A stretch of 35,987 nucleotides of DNA from contig PRDH01000058.1 of the NCBI GenBank assembly GCA_003345545.1, forward strand, positions 1 to 35,987, written 5' to 3'. Shown one piece after another: positions 1-9,208 of this stretch; positions within the stretch are counted from its first letter, which is position 1; each line of letters begins with the position of its first letter. The DNA comes from Candidatus Thorarchaeota archaeon. Lineage in GTDB: Archaea > Asgardarchaeota > Thorarchaeia > Thorarchaeales > Thorarchaeaceae. The notes beneath the pieces are model-generated. The model did not search any database. It had not been told where the DNA came from and saw nothing but the letters and a program-made list of their open reading frames with translations. The position numbers were made by a program, and so were the translations under genes.

Positions 1-1
1 T

Positions 2-727
2 GAGCTGGCTGCAGCAATAAAGGCAGTTGGTGGTCATCCTGTTGCTGTCACGAACATTGAAACCCTCTTACCACAGCAACTTGACGAAACAGGAAGTCAA
101 ATACTGCTTGGCCACTTGGAGAAATTGGGCCTGAAGGTGCTGAGAGGATTCACTTGCGTAAAGATATCCGGTGAGCATGAAGCTGATGGGATAGTATCCG
201 ACAAGGGCGACAAGATTGATGGGGACCTTGTCATCATTGCCACAGGGGTTCGGTCGAATACTCAGATTGCCAAGAACTCCGGCATCAAGGTGAACCGTGG
301 AATAGTCGCTGATGACTACATGCAGACGTCAGCATCAGGCGTGTATGCCGCGGGCGATTGTATGGAATGGAATGGCCAATGGAATGGAATCATTCCTTGG
401 GCGACTGCGAGCGCCAGGGTAGCAGCGAAGAATATGCTCAGACACCGAAGCACGAGATTCGAGGGCATCATCGCCTCAAATACGTTACAGGTCGTAGGAA
501 TCGACCTTTCAAGCATCGGAGTAATCAATCCAAGATCGCCTGATTTTGAAGTATTAGTCTCTGCCGACGAAAAGAAGGGCACATACTACAAGGCTGTCAT
601 TAAGGACGATATAGTTGTCGGTGCGATTTCGCTAGGGAATCGGAAACTAGCAATGAAGCTTCGTGGTCTGGTCACTCGAATGACTGATGTGTCAGATATG
701 AGGCAGTCCATCTTTGACAGTGACTAG
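2..727 (+). CDS. NAD(P)/FAD-dependent pyridine nucleotide-disulfide oxidoreductase (NirB/rubredoxin reductase-like), 5'-truncated
   Basis: Frame is open from position 2 (ELAAAIKAVGG...LLPQQLDE). Motifs DLVIIATGVRSN, GIVADDYMQTS..GVYAAGDC (second FAD motif), NTLQVVGIDLSSIG and a C-terminal YYKAVI..IVGAI rubredoxin-reductase-type domain. Confidence 0.9.
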   Translation, partial: ELAAAIKAVGGHPVAVTNIETLLPQQLDETGSQILLGHLEKLGLKVLRGFTCVKISGEHEADGIVSDKGDKIDGDLVIIATGVRSNTQIAKNSGIKVNRGIVADDYMQTSASGVYAAGDCMEWNGQWNGIIPWATASARVAAKNMLRHRSTRFEGIIASNTLQVVGIDLSSIGVINPRSPDFEVLVSADEKKGTYYKAVIKDDIVVGAISLGNRKLAMKLRGLVTRMTDVSDMRQSIFDSD

Positions 728-835
728 TGATCCCAGTATTGTTCCGAGGAAACAGGAGAGCAGTCAATCACCTGTTGGTGGCGGCAACTGTAGGACATCT
801 CTACTGTGCCACTCAGGAGCTGGCTTCACTCACAA

Positions 836-2383
836 CTAGGTTTCGATTGAAGCTAGTAGGGACTCATCTGTCGTGAGCGGTTTCGATTTTGCTTGAATAT
901 GTGTGGCCGCCATGATTCTCTCCGTATAGGATGAAACCATTCTGACTGCAATTGTGGGATCCAGCGCCCCGAACTCCAGCGAATGCTTGAACTCGCCATT
1001 GTTCTCCATAACAGCTTCATCAAATGCCGCTGCGAAGTCAGCGAGGTCCACTTGGTTCTGGAACATTGCAGAAATCGTATAGTGTGCCCTACTACCGCTA
1101 ATCATTCCCACGACGGTATAGTCCACTAGCTCTGCCCCTGTCTTTCTGCAAGCCATAGTGACCCCTTGATTGACATGTGCGTCTGTCAGTTTCTCGCCGG
1201 CCAGGTTGACGACCCTTCCCTTCCTTCCAATCCTATGAACTGAATAGGGCTCTGTATCAATGAATGTGAGCATATCACCAATCCTGTATCGTGTGTAACC
1301 CATCAGATTCGTTAGCACAATCTCGTATCTTCTCCCCTTCTTCACCTCAGAGAGAGGGATTGCTTTGGGTTCATCCTTTTCAGTTTCCGACTCTGGAATG
1401 AACTCAAAGTAGTTGATGTGAGGCAGCAGTTGAATACCGTTATTGGTGTGCGGAAGCAACGTCGTACCGTAGATTCCCTCTGACCCCGCATAATTGTCCC
1501 ATAGAACCGCCTGCGGCAACGTCTTTGAGAGCCACGACTTGTAGGGATCTGCATCGATGCCTGTAGCGCCAATCAGAATGAGATTCGGCCACAGTGTTTG
1601 TAGGTCCAGAGAGCCATCATCCCTCAAAGACTCCCGAATTCTACTCTCATGTTTGGTACCCCTGAAGTGGGTGAGAAGAGAAGGGCCAAATTCATTCTGC
1701 ATCTTTCTGACGAACGAGATAGCCAGAGTTGTTATACCTGCCAAACCCGTAACATTCTCACGCACTGCATACTTCGCGTACGCCCAGAGTTTTTCGGTAA
1801 TATCGGTCATGTTGAATATCTCTTCTCCAGGCTTGATCAATTTCCTCAGTAGTGCATTTGCTATCAACTCCCGCGAGATTCCTGTCATGTAACCTAGAGG
1901 AACACCGTTGATATCTCCAAGACGTGCAGGGGCAGCAAACGTCAGCATCGTGCCATCGAAGACTCTCCTGTGCTCCTTTCCCGCATTGATGAATGACATC
2001 ATGAAGAGCATGCTGGCCCTTGAGTAGTCCGCCAATCCAGACTTGCTGATTGGCAGAGCTTTGGGCTTTCCACTCGTACCACTTGATTGAACGTACCATA
2101 TCACTGGATCTGCAGTCACAATGGGAAGATTTGGCGTTTCGTGGATTCGTTCGAAATAAGGTTGCATGGAATAGTAGTCATACAAAGGCACCCGTTCGCT
2201 GAACTGCTCAGGTGTCCTTATTGATTCATATCCATGGTCCTTGCCAAATGCAGTATTCTTATGCGCCTCAAGAATCGATTTGAGTTTGCTTTCGGTCAAA
2301 TCTATAGGATTATTCAGGATGTTCTCAATCTCCTTTGCCTTTCTCTTCGCGAGAATTGGAACAAGCCTACTCATAATTGACAT
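836..2383 (-). CDS. GH3-family (auxin-responsive promoter/acyl-acid amido synthetase-like) adenylating enzyme
   Basis: GH3 motifs: NTAFGKDHGY, FSERVPLYDY, SSGTSGKPK (motif I), YAGSEG (motif II), YEIVLTN..GYTRYRIGD (motif III), GR...NLAGEK. Confidence 0.9.
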   Translation of the reverse strand: MSIMSRLVPILAKRKAKEIENILNNPIDLTESKLKSILEAHKNTAFGKDHGYESIRTPEQFSERVPLYDYYSMQPYFERIHETPNLPIVTADPVIWYVQSSGTSGKPKALPISKSGLADYSRASMLFMMSFINAGKEHRRVFDGTMLTFAAPARLGDINGVPLGYMTGISRELIANALLRKLIKPGEEIFNMTDITEKLWAYAKYAVRENVTGLAGITTLAISFVRKMQNEFGPSLLTHFRGTKHESRIRESLRDDGSLDLQTLWPNLILIGATGIDADPYKSWLSKTLPQAVLWDNYAGSEGIYGTTLLPHTNNGIQLLPHINYFEFIPESETEKDEPKAIPLSEVKKGRRYEIVLTNLMGYTRYRIGDMLTFIDTEPYSVHRIGRKGRVVNLAGEKLTDAHVNQGVTMACRKTGAELVDYTVVGMISGSRAHYTISAMFQNQVDLADFAAAFDEAVMENNGEFKHSLEFGALDPTIAVRMVSSYTERIMAATHIQAKSKPLTTDESLLASIET

Positions 2384-2977
2384 CTCTCATCTTGCCTCTA
2401 GCAGTTTGGACTAAGTAGCCCTACCTGTTGGAATGTGCATCTCAGTACTGATTATTGTCTGCTCTGTCGTTCATAGAACTCCTCTATGCTATCTGTCCGG
2501 GATTCTATAGCTGGTTCAACGGACTCTCGTTGGCAAATTCGTGCTATCGTGACTCTTTTCTTTCCGCATTCGGCTATTGTCAGACTTCTACTATCCGTGT
2601 TAGTACCAAACTGCAAAAGTCAGAGCATTCTCCCTTGTCTTTCTTGGTCCTAAGTTAGTAGGCGGTTCTCATCTTCTTCTCCCATCCAGCACATCGATCG
2701 GGACTCGGTTTCAATCAATAGGAATTTCTTCTTCTCTCGACAGGAGATTGTATGTATTATCGATGATTCGTCTGACTTGCAGAACTGTACTCCCACGCTA
2801 CCCAGAAGTGTAACATGAGCTTTCTCCAGACTCAATGGGGCCCTATGGAATGCGATTAGGCCGTCAATGGCCGTCATAATCGTGATAGGCGGATTCAGAC
2901 TTCTCATATCAAGCTTCTATTCCTCTGGGTAGATTGAACTATCTTTGAGTGGCAGTTGTTCTTGTACGGTGCATGAG

Positions 2978-3730
2978 ATGATTACGCAACTGGACGAACA
3001 ACTAGCCGCAGCAGTAAGAGGTGTGAAAGCACACACCACCGTAGATGTCACTCTCGTCCTTCAGGTCATGTTCAATAGCAGCGATCGCAGTATTCTCACT
3101 GCTAAGCTTCGGTACAACGGGCATGACAGGGCCACTAACCTTGTGATGGTTGTTGGACTGAGGAGCGACATTCTCTCACCATTTCAGAAGATCAACTCTA
3201 GTCAGAGAGGACGCTATCAACCCTGTGATATTCCTGGATTGGTGCCAGGGCTCGCGCAGCTCGCACTGTCAACAAACAATGGTGTGGTGCTTAGCGCAAT
3301 TTCACGCGAAGAGGTAACCAGATTCATCCTGGTCTTTGAAGGTTTGGCTGAGCGAAAGGGTGGAGGCTTGAAAGCACTTGCATCGGTTCTCACTGCATTC
3401 ATGAAGCGGTGGACGGACTGGACCGATGTATTGCTGGGGACTCTAAGGCGAGACCCGATTGTAGGAGATTGGGACGTCGATTGGAGGGAGATGTTGGCTG
3501 GTGAGAGCGGATATGCAACAATGGCTTGGTTCACACCCCTGACATATTCCGACCGTGAAACCGGGCTACAAAGAATCGTTGCTGCATCTCAAGCTCTACT
3601 CGTATCGGTTCTCAGCACAAATCAACTGAAGAATCCGATGATTGTTGGCCTGAAGGATTGGCTCACGTCACTGAAACCCCTTCCGCAGGTCGCAAGTAGC
3701 ATACAAGTCAGTGAGGAGGTAGAAATCTAA
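2978..3730 (+). CDS. Hypothetical protein (~250 aa), first gene of the 15-gene operon
   Basis: Long ORF; ATG at 2978 preferred over TTG at 2945. Its 3' end contains the SD (GAGGAGGT, 3713-3720) for the next gene. No family recognised. Confidence 0.75.
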   Translation: MITQLDEQLAAAVRGVKAHTTVDVTLVLQVMFNSSDRSILTAKLRYNGHDRATNLVMVVGLRSDILSPFQKINSSQRGRYQPCDIPGLVPGLAQLALSTNNGVVLSAISREEVTRFILVFEGLAERKGGGLKALASVLTAFMKRWTDWTDVLLGTLRRDPIVGDWDVDWREMLAGESGYATMAWFTPLTYSDRETGLQRIVAASQALLVSVLSTNQLKNPMIVGLKDWLTSLKPLPQVASSIQVSEEVEI

Positions 3731-3734
3731 TTTG

Positions 3735-4199
3735 ATGGTTGATGATGTAATTTACAGTATTCCCCGTGAAACATATAGCCTGCCCCAAGCGTCATGGTTG
3801 TCAGGTGCAGCAGCTGGTCTTCAGATTATGGGCCCGAGGACCCCTGAGTGGCTTTGGGGTGATTTCATCCATGATATCTATGATATGATACGGACGATTG
3901 GTGAAGTTGTACCTGCGGAGCCTGGTACTGCCCCTACTTATGGCGACGGCCTTGTGGGAAGTGCATTCGACGCTCTTGGGGGCTATGTCAGCATTGTAGG
4001 TGAAGTATGTCCTGAAGGGCTCTATTTTCGTGTGCCTCTGGCTCGCCAGGAGAACGTAGCTCGTTTGCTGAATGGCTTGAGACTCTTTAGATCGCATGGT
4101 GAAATCGTTATTCCTGTGTACGATCTTCCAGCCTTCTCGCGTCTTGTTCCTCTGGAAGGACCGGTTGCTGAGCAGCTTGAAGATGAGGTGACTCCATGA
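3735..4199 (+). CDS. Hypothetical protein (~154 aa)
   Basis: SD upstream (start TTG 3732 or ATG 3735). Stop overlaps the radA start (ATGA, 4196-4199) with GAGGTGA SD. Confidence 0.75.
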   Translation: MVDDVIYSIPRETYSLPQASWLSGAAAGLQIMGPRTPEWLWGDFIHDIYDMIRTIGEVVPAEPGTAPTYGDGLVGSAFDALGGYVSIVGEVCPEGLYFRVPLARQENVARLLNGLRLFRSHGEIVIPVYDLPAFSRLVPLEGPVAEQLEDEVTP

Positions 4200-5287
4200 C
4201 CGAACTCGAAGCTGTGCCTGGCGTAGGCCCTGCAGTGGCCAAGAGACTTCGGGAGGCTTATGTTACCACAGCTGAGCTTCTTGCAGTGCAGAATCCTGTA
4301 GAGCTCCTGAAGCGTACAAAGTTAGGAGAGGGTACTACTGACAAGATAATCAGGAATGCTCGTCAGCTCATCGGCAAGTTCGGCTTTCGGTCTGGGCTTG
4401 AAATCGAGCAGGAAATGGCAACCAAACCTCGGCTGAAGACTGGGGTCGGCAAGATTGACGAATGCCTTCTTGGCGGCATTGAAGTCGGGTCCATCGTCGA
4501 GATATTTGGGCCTGCCCGGGGCGGAAAGACACAGTGGGTCTCGCAGCTTGCAGTGATGGCCCAACTCCCACATAAACAGGGCGGGCTTGAAGGTAGGGTT
4601 CTCTGGCTTGATACTGAGTCAAGTTTCAAACCTTGGGTGATTAGAGCGAATGCGGTCAGGCAGGGCCTGGATCCCGATATCGCGCTCGGCAACATTGGGC
4701 GTGCTGAGATTGTGCTTTCTGGCCAGATTGCTGAGATTTTTGAGAGCATTCCTCAGCTCTGCGCAGAACAGAACTACAAGCTTGTTGTGATTGACAGTTT
4801 CACTGGTCTCTTTCGTGCCGAGTACACAGGGCTCGAGTCTATGCGTGTCCGACAACAGGACATGAATACTCTTCTCAATCACATGCGACGTACAGCTGCT
4901 GCAACAGAAGCAATCTTTGCATATACGAACCAAGTCATGGCCAAGATTTCAAGCTACGGAGGCAATCCCAACGCGCCTGTCGGTGGGCATATCATTTCGC
5001 ATGCAAGTGACTACAGATTCTATACACGCAGGACCAAGGCTGATATTCGCAAGATCGAACTGCAGGACAACGCCGGCCTGCCAGAGTTCGATGTTGACGT
5101 GTATGTAGGCTGGGGTGGTTTCTACTCTGACTCCAAGGCAAAGAAGGAGCATGAGCCTGATGTATTAGAGTACTTCGAGAAGCGAGGGATCAACGTTCAG
5201 GAGGAGGCAGGTGCACTGGACTCCGATTCGGAAGACGAGGGGCTCGCTGCAGCGGCCGAGTCAGTCCCGGCAGGTGACGATGCGTGA
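4196..5287 (+). CDS. radA: RadA/Rad51-family recombinase (probably an additional, divergent RadA) with acidic C-terminal tail
   Basis: N-terminal HhH (LEAVPGVGPAVAKRL), polymerisation motif GFRSG, Walker A GPARGGKT, LDTESSF catalytic Glu, Walker B LVVIDSF, FRAEY..RQQ (L1), TNQV..PVGGHIISHAS (L2). Confidence 0.92.
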   Translation: MTELEAVPGVGPAVAKRLREAYVTTAELLAVQNPVELLKRTKLGEGTTDKIIRNARQLIGKFGFRSGLEIEQEMATKPRLKTGVGKIDECLLGGIEVGSIVEIFGPARGGKTQWVSQLAVMAQLPHKQGGLEGRVLWLDTESSFKPWVIRANAVRQGLDPDIALGNIGRAEIVLSGQIAEIFESIPQLCAEQNYKLVVIDSFTGLFRAEYTGLESMRVRQQDMNTLLNHMRRTAAATEAIFAYTNQVMAKISSYGGNPNAPVGGHIISHASDYRFYTRRTKADIRKIELQDNAGLPEFDVDVYVGWGGFYSDSKAKKEHEPDVLEYFEKRGINVQEEAGALDSDSEDEGLAAAAESVPAGDDA

Positions 5288-5742
5288 GCAGAAACCGGGG
5301 TATGTTCCGAATCTACCATTGTGCGAGATGCAACAACATTGGCTACAGCCAAGTAGAGCGTGAAGAGGATCTCTCCAGATGTGGTCTATGTGGCAGTCTC
5401 GTTCTACACGAAACTGGATCTGTCTACGCAGCGACGACGCAAGAGGCCAAGACGTTGGCACGGGAACTTGCTCTTGAATCACATTCTTCAACGGCGGTTT
5501 CAGAGGGAAGCCCTCCACGTGGACTAGGTGTCAAGAGGAGAGTATACAATATCATTGAGGCACAAGTAGACCTCAAACGGGGCAAACCCACCTCACTTGA
5601 GGAAGTGATGAGGGAGTGCAGTGAGGCGGGGATAGAGCTTGGCCGCGCAATGAAGTTCCTAGAAACTCTGGAGTCGGAGGGCTTGATTGTCAATGATGGC
5701 GCGAATATTACTGTAACACGCGAGGTATTGTCCGATGGCTAG
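5284..5742 (+). CDS. Zn-ribbon + C-terminal winged-helix protein (archaeal DUF1922/DUF5817-like architecture)
   Basis: CARC...CGLC Zn ribbon and C-terminal wHTH (SLEEVMRECSEAGIELGRAMKFLETLESEGLI). GTGA overlap with radA. The DUF name is a recollection, not a search result. Confidence 0.75.
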   Translation: MSRNRGMFRIYHCARCNNIGYSQVEREEDLSRCGLCGSLVLHETGSVYAATTQEAKTLARELALESHSSTAVSEGSPPRGLGVKRRVYNIIEAQVDLKRGKPTSLEEVMRECSEAGIELGRAMKFLETLESEGLIVNDGANITVTREVLSDG

Positions 5743-6355
5743 CTCCGATAGCCTTTCAGATCCCTTGTCGGCCAATAGGTCAGCGGCGTGCATTCCGCAG
5801 TGGTCGATGATCAATCTAGTCAACCTCTTGCTCAGAGAAACGCCACATAGGGTATCTGTTCTAGAGCGATGCGATGGCCCTGATCCTCAGATATTCGTCG
5901 TGACGCGCGTTGAATGGAGAGACCCTGACATCAGCAAACCATTTCTCTCGCAGTTACCTAGACTACTCTCTCTTCTCGAAACTCTTCGTGGTTCCAAGGG
6001 TGTTCCTCAGGAAGTGCACCTAGACAGTGCAGAAGGCGTCGCTGTCCACCTGCCAAGCGGTGTGAGGGCTTCTGAGTTACCTGGTGAACCCAAGAAGGCA
6101 GTCCATCTTCTGATGTCTATTGTAGAAACCTCTCTAGAAAATCTGCATTCAACAATGAGCGACGTTGAATCTTGGTTCTGGAAGGCTGCTCGCCAGAAGG
6201 GATTCAGTCCTGAAATTGTTGAGAAGATGGGGAAGAAGGAGGCACACTACGACTCTGTTGATCTGATGTGGCGGTTTCAACGACTCCTCCAGAAGTACTT
6301 CTCATTGAGGTTCACTATTCATCGGAGCGAGTCTTGCCTAAGATTGGAGGAATAA
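5735..6355 (+). CDS. Hypothetical protein (206 aa)
   Basis: 8-nt overlap with previous gene and GAGGT SD. Its end carries the GGAGG SD of xpd. Confidence 0.75.
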   Translation: MASSDSLSDPLSANRSAACIPQWSMINLVNLLLRETPHRVSVLERCDGPDPQIFVVTRVEWRDPDISKPFLSQLPRLLSLLETLRGSKGVPQEVHLDSAEGVAVHLPSGVRASELPGEPKKAVHLLMSIVETSLENLHSTMSDVESWFWKAARQKGFSPEIVEKMGKKEAHYDSVDLMWRFQRLLQKYFSLRFTIHRSESCLRLEE

Positions 6356-6357
6356 AG

Positions 6358-8310
6358 GTGAGCGTGGCGACAACTGACCCTATGGTCTATTTCCCCTACT
6401 CTCCCCGGCAACATCAGGAGAGAGCTGTTAGCCTAGCTGCAAAGGCTTTCTCCTCGAATACGGTCGGACTTCTTCATGCAGATTGTGGGATTGGCAAGAC
6501 AATCGCGGTGCTCTCCGGATATCTTGCCTGTCGAGCTACTGATCAATTCGCTCATCTTTTTGCTCTGACGCGCACTCATTCCCAATCTAAGGTCTTTGAA
6601 ACAGAGCTTGAAGTGCTCAGAAGTGCAGTGCCTCATTTGGCTGCCACCACGATGGTATCTCGAGTCCATGTCTGCCCCATTCGTCATCAGATGGAATCGC
6701 TCAGTCATACAGGTTTCATGCGAGCGTGTGCAAGTATGATAAAGACTGAGCAATGCATCCACTATTGGAATCTCTACAAGCGAAGCAGTACTGATGGCAA
6801 GATTACCATCAATGAGGATGGACGCAGGGCAATAGGGGACCTACTTGATACTGGGGTTGTCACGAGAGAGAGAGCTGAAGAACGAGCGGAGCAGGATGGC
6901 TACTGTCCCTACGAGATTATGCGGTGGTGCGCTCGTGGAAGTATGGTAGTCATCGGACCTTATTCCTATATATTCAAGTCACGAGTCCGAGAGGCTCTCC
7001 TCTCATCCTTAGGGCTTTCTCTCAATGAAGTGGACCTGCTCATCGATGAGGCTCACAATCTATCAGGGCACGTCCTTGATGCTGAAACATCGGTTTTAAG
7101 CAACGACGATATCCGATGGCTGAAAGAGAATAGCCAGTTCGTGGTCCGAGAAACAGGCGTATCGTGGATTCGCGAGGCCATAGACTTTCTTTGGGAGAGC
7201 ATGATGCTTCACCTGGACACTATGCAGAAACAGACGGAGCGTCCTCTTGACAAATGGGATGTTGCACCTAGGTTCATCAAGGATGAGGACCTAGACATAT
7301 TGCATCACGTGGGCAGACCAGAGCTTGGTGACCCTGAGAATGCCAGTCTTGTTGAAACACCTCTTGATAGACTCATTGAGTTCCTCTACACTGCTCAGAG
7401 AGCTGCACGAAGCGATGGTTGGCACGTTACCCTGCATGTGGATCGTTCATTCTCTGATGACTTACCAAAATCAACCTCTTCTCTCATGATACAACCACTT
7501 AACTCTGCAGGATTGACTGCTCCAATTCTCAGAGGAGCTAGATCTGCTGTACTGATGTCTGGGACTCTCCGCCCGCTGGACTATTACGAGCATCTTTTGG
7601 GCGTGCCAAACGCAATATCAGAAGACCTCACAAGCCCGTACCCCCGAGGAACACGATTAGTACTCATCGATAAGATGCTGAACACGCGGTACAAGGAACG
7701 CAACCCAGAATTATGGCGAGATGTTGCAGCAAGGATCTCTGCTGCTCTCTGTACCATGCCTGCGAATAAGAGTGCGCTCATTGCATTTCCATCCTACAAA
7801 ATGATGAGCGAGGTCATGAGCTACAGCATAGATACTGGATTTCGGGAAGCATTAGTAGAAACGCGAGATGCCATGCTCGAAACCGTTGCCCAAGCGATTT
7901 CACAAGGCCCATGCGCCATGTTCTGCGTATATGGCGGCAAATTCTCGGAAGGAATCGATCTTGTCAGTGCAGGTTCCAGTATGATTGACCTGATCGTCGG
8001 TGTAGGCATACCATTCAGCCCTCCGACAAGCTATCAGACTGCCCTACAGAGCTGGTATGATAGCAAGTTCGGGCATGGCATGGGCTACTACTATGCATCT
8101 GTCGTACCATCAATCAGACAGGTCGCACAGTTGGTTGGAAGACTGAGACGCTCTCCAAATGATTCTGGTGTGATTGTTCTTCTTGATAGTAGGTTTCTAC
8201 AGCATCTGTCGGTCTTTGGGGATGAAATCGTATCGGACATCTGGCCATACAATGACCCCGCTGAAATGAAGGAAGCAATCACACAATTCAATCGGGTGAG
8301 GCTGCGATAG
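6358..8310 (+). CDS. xpd: XPD/Rad3/DinG-family 5'-3' Fe-S DNA helicase
   Basis: Q motif PYSPRQHQ, Walker A ADCGIGKT, Ia TRTHSQ, four Fe-S Cys (HVCP, RACA, EQCI, YCPY), DEAHN, MSGTL, FPSY, GKFSEGID, QLVGRLRR..D. GTG start 7 nt after GGAGG. Confidence 0.9.
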   Translation: MSVATTDPMVYFPYSPRQHQERAVSLAAKAFSSNTVGLLHADCGIGKTIAVLSGYLACRATDQFAHLFALTRTHSQSKVFETELEVLRSAVPHLAATTMVSRVHVCPIRHQMESLSHTGFMRACASMIKTEQCIHYWNLYKRSSTDGKITINEDGRRAIGDLLDTGVVTRERAEERAEQDGYCPYEIMRWCARGSMVVIGPYSYIFKSRVREALLSSLGLSLNEVDLLIDEAHNLSGHVLDAETSVLSNDDIRWLKENSQFVVRETGVSWIREAIDFLWESMMLHLDTMQKQTERPLDKWDVAPRFIKDEDLDILHHVGRPELGDPENASLVETPLDRLIEFLYTAQRAARSDGWHVTLHVDRSFSDDLPKSTSSLMIQPLNSAGLTAPILRGARSAVLMSGTLRPLDYYEHLLGVPNAISEDLTSPYPRGTRLVLIDKMLNTRYKERNPELWRDVAARISAALCTMPANKSALIAFPSYKMMSEVMSYSIDTGFREALVETRDAMLETVAQAISQGPCAMFCVYGGKFSEGIDLVSAGSSMIDLIVGVGIPFSPPTSYQTALQSWYDSKFGHGMGYYYASVVPSIRQVAQLVGRLRRSPNDSGVIVLLDSRFLQHLSVFGDEIVSDIWPYNDPAEMKEAITQFNRVRLR

Positions 8311-8312
8311 AT

Positions 8313-8918
8313 ATGATGCAACTACACGCTTTTCACGAATTGAAACTGGTCGGCCTGACCATTCTGACAGTCATCTTTGTGCTCAAGATCTACCTTGCTC
8401 CTGGAGACCTTGTAGGTATTATTACGGCTGGCGCTGGGCTAGCCGCATATATCGCAGCATTAGTAATTCATCTTTCATCTTCATCCAGCCCACGGGTTCT
8501 CTGGGATGCCAAGCACGGCGCGGTGGCCATCATTCGTTCTTGGACAGTCGAGGTTGCCTCAGCAAAGATCCTCTCAAGTGTTCCTATTGGCATTGACCTA
8601 AGTCATTCCGGTCGAAAGGTACTCCAGTCTATGTACACTCGATTCTTGGACAAGCCCGGGGGAACATTAGTCTTTTTCATCACCAGACCGATAGGCGACC
8701 AATCAACAAGAGTGGGCTATCTAGTTCGGAGAAGGGGATTGAGGCTCTGGAACAGCTTAGGTCAGGTTGACAACCTTGCAAAGATAATCAGTGCTGACTC
8801 CATGATTCTGGAGCGGTCGATGAGAGCTGCCTATCCTCATCTTCCTGTGGTCAACGCTAGCTTCGCCGATATCATAACATCCACAGCAGGAGGTCTTGAG
8901 ACCCATGTCGCTGTCTGA
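8313..8918 (+). CDS. Membrane protein (2 N-terminal TM helices + soluble domain)
   Basis: Hydrophobic segments LVGLTILTVIFVLKIYL and LVGIITAGAGLAAYIAALVIHL; starts 2 nt after the xpd stop. Confidence 0.75.
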   Translation: MMQLHAFHELKLVGLTILTVIFVLKIYLAPGDLVGIITAGAGLAAYIAALVIHLSSSSSPRVLWDAKHGAVAIIRSWTVEVASAKILSSVPIGIDLSHSGRKVLQSMYTRFLDKPGGTLVFFITRPIGDQSTRVGYLVRRRGLRLWNSLGQVDNLAKIISADSMILERSMRAAYPHLPVVNASFADIITSTAGGLETHVAV

Positions 8919-9204
8919 ACAACGCTCTGGAATCGAAATTCCCGAAGGTGTGAATCCAGAGGCAATCATGAACTTCTTGGAAGTAGGTCACAACTATCAT
9001 TGGACCGTGCTTACGCGTCTGCCTCTCTTTGTCGCTCACGGTGCACCTGCGCTGGGCTCCGGCAATATGCCTGAGATTCTATTAGCTGGCAATAGATCTA
9101 TGATCATCGCAGGTGGTGACACTGCATACGTCGAGAGAATACGCCACGTGCTCGAGATGTTGCAGCGTCTATCACAGCGAATGATTCTCACAAAGGAGGG
9201 TTGA
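8905..9204 (+). CDS. Small hypothetical protein (99 aa)
   Basis: ATG 8905 preceded by GGAGGT; 14-nt overlap with upstream gene; its end carries the GGAGG SD of the next gene. Confidence 0.7.
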   Translation: MSLSEQRSGIEIPEGVNPEAIMNFLEVGHNYHWTVLTRLPLFVAHGAPALGSGNMPEILLAGNRSMIIAGGDTAYVERIRHVLEMLQRLSQRMILTKEG

Positions 9205-9208
9205 GAGA

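Noticed and set aside
2455-2907. 67-aa (+) and 85-aa (-) ORFs in the GH3/operon spacer
   Set aside because: No recognisable motif, clear SD or coupling; cannot be supported, though not excluded.
6268-6357. Upstream start of xpd given in the track
   Set aside because: It overlaps the previous gene by 88 nt; an SD supports GTG 6358.
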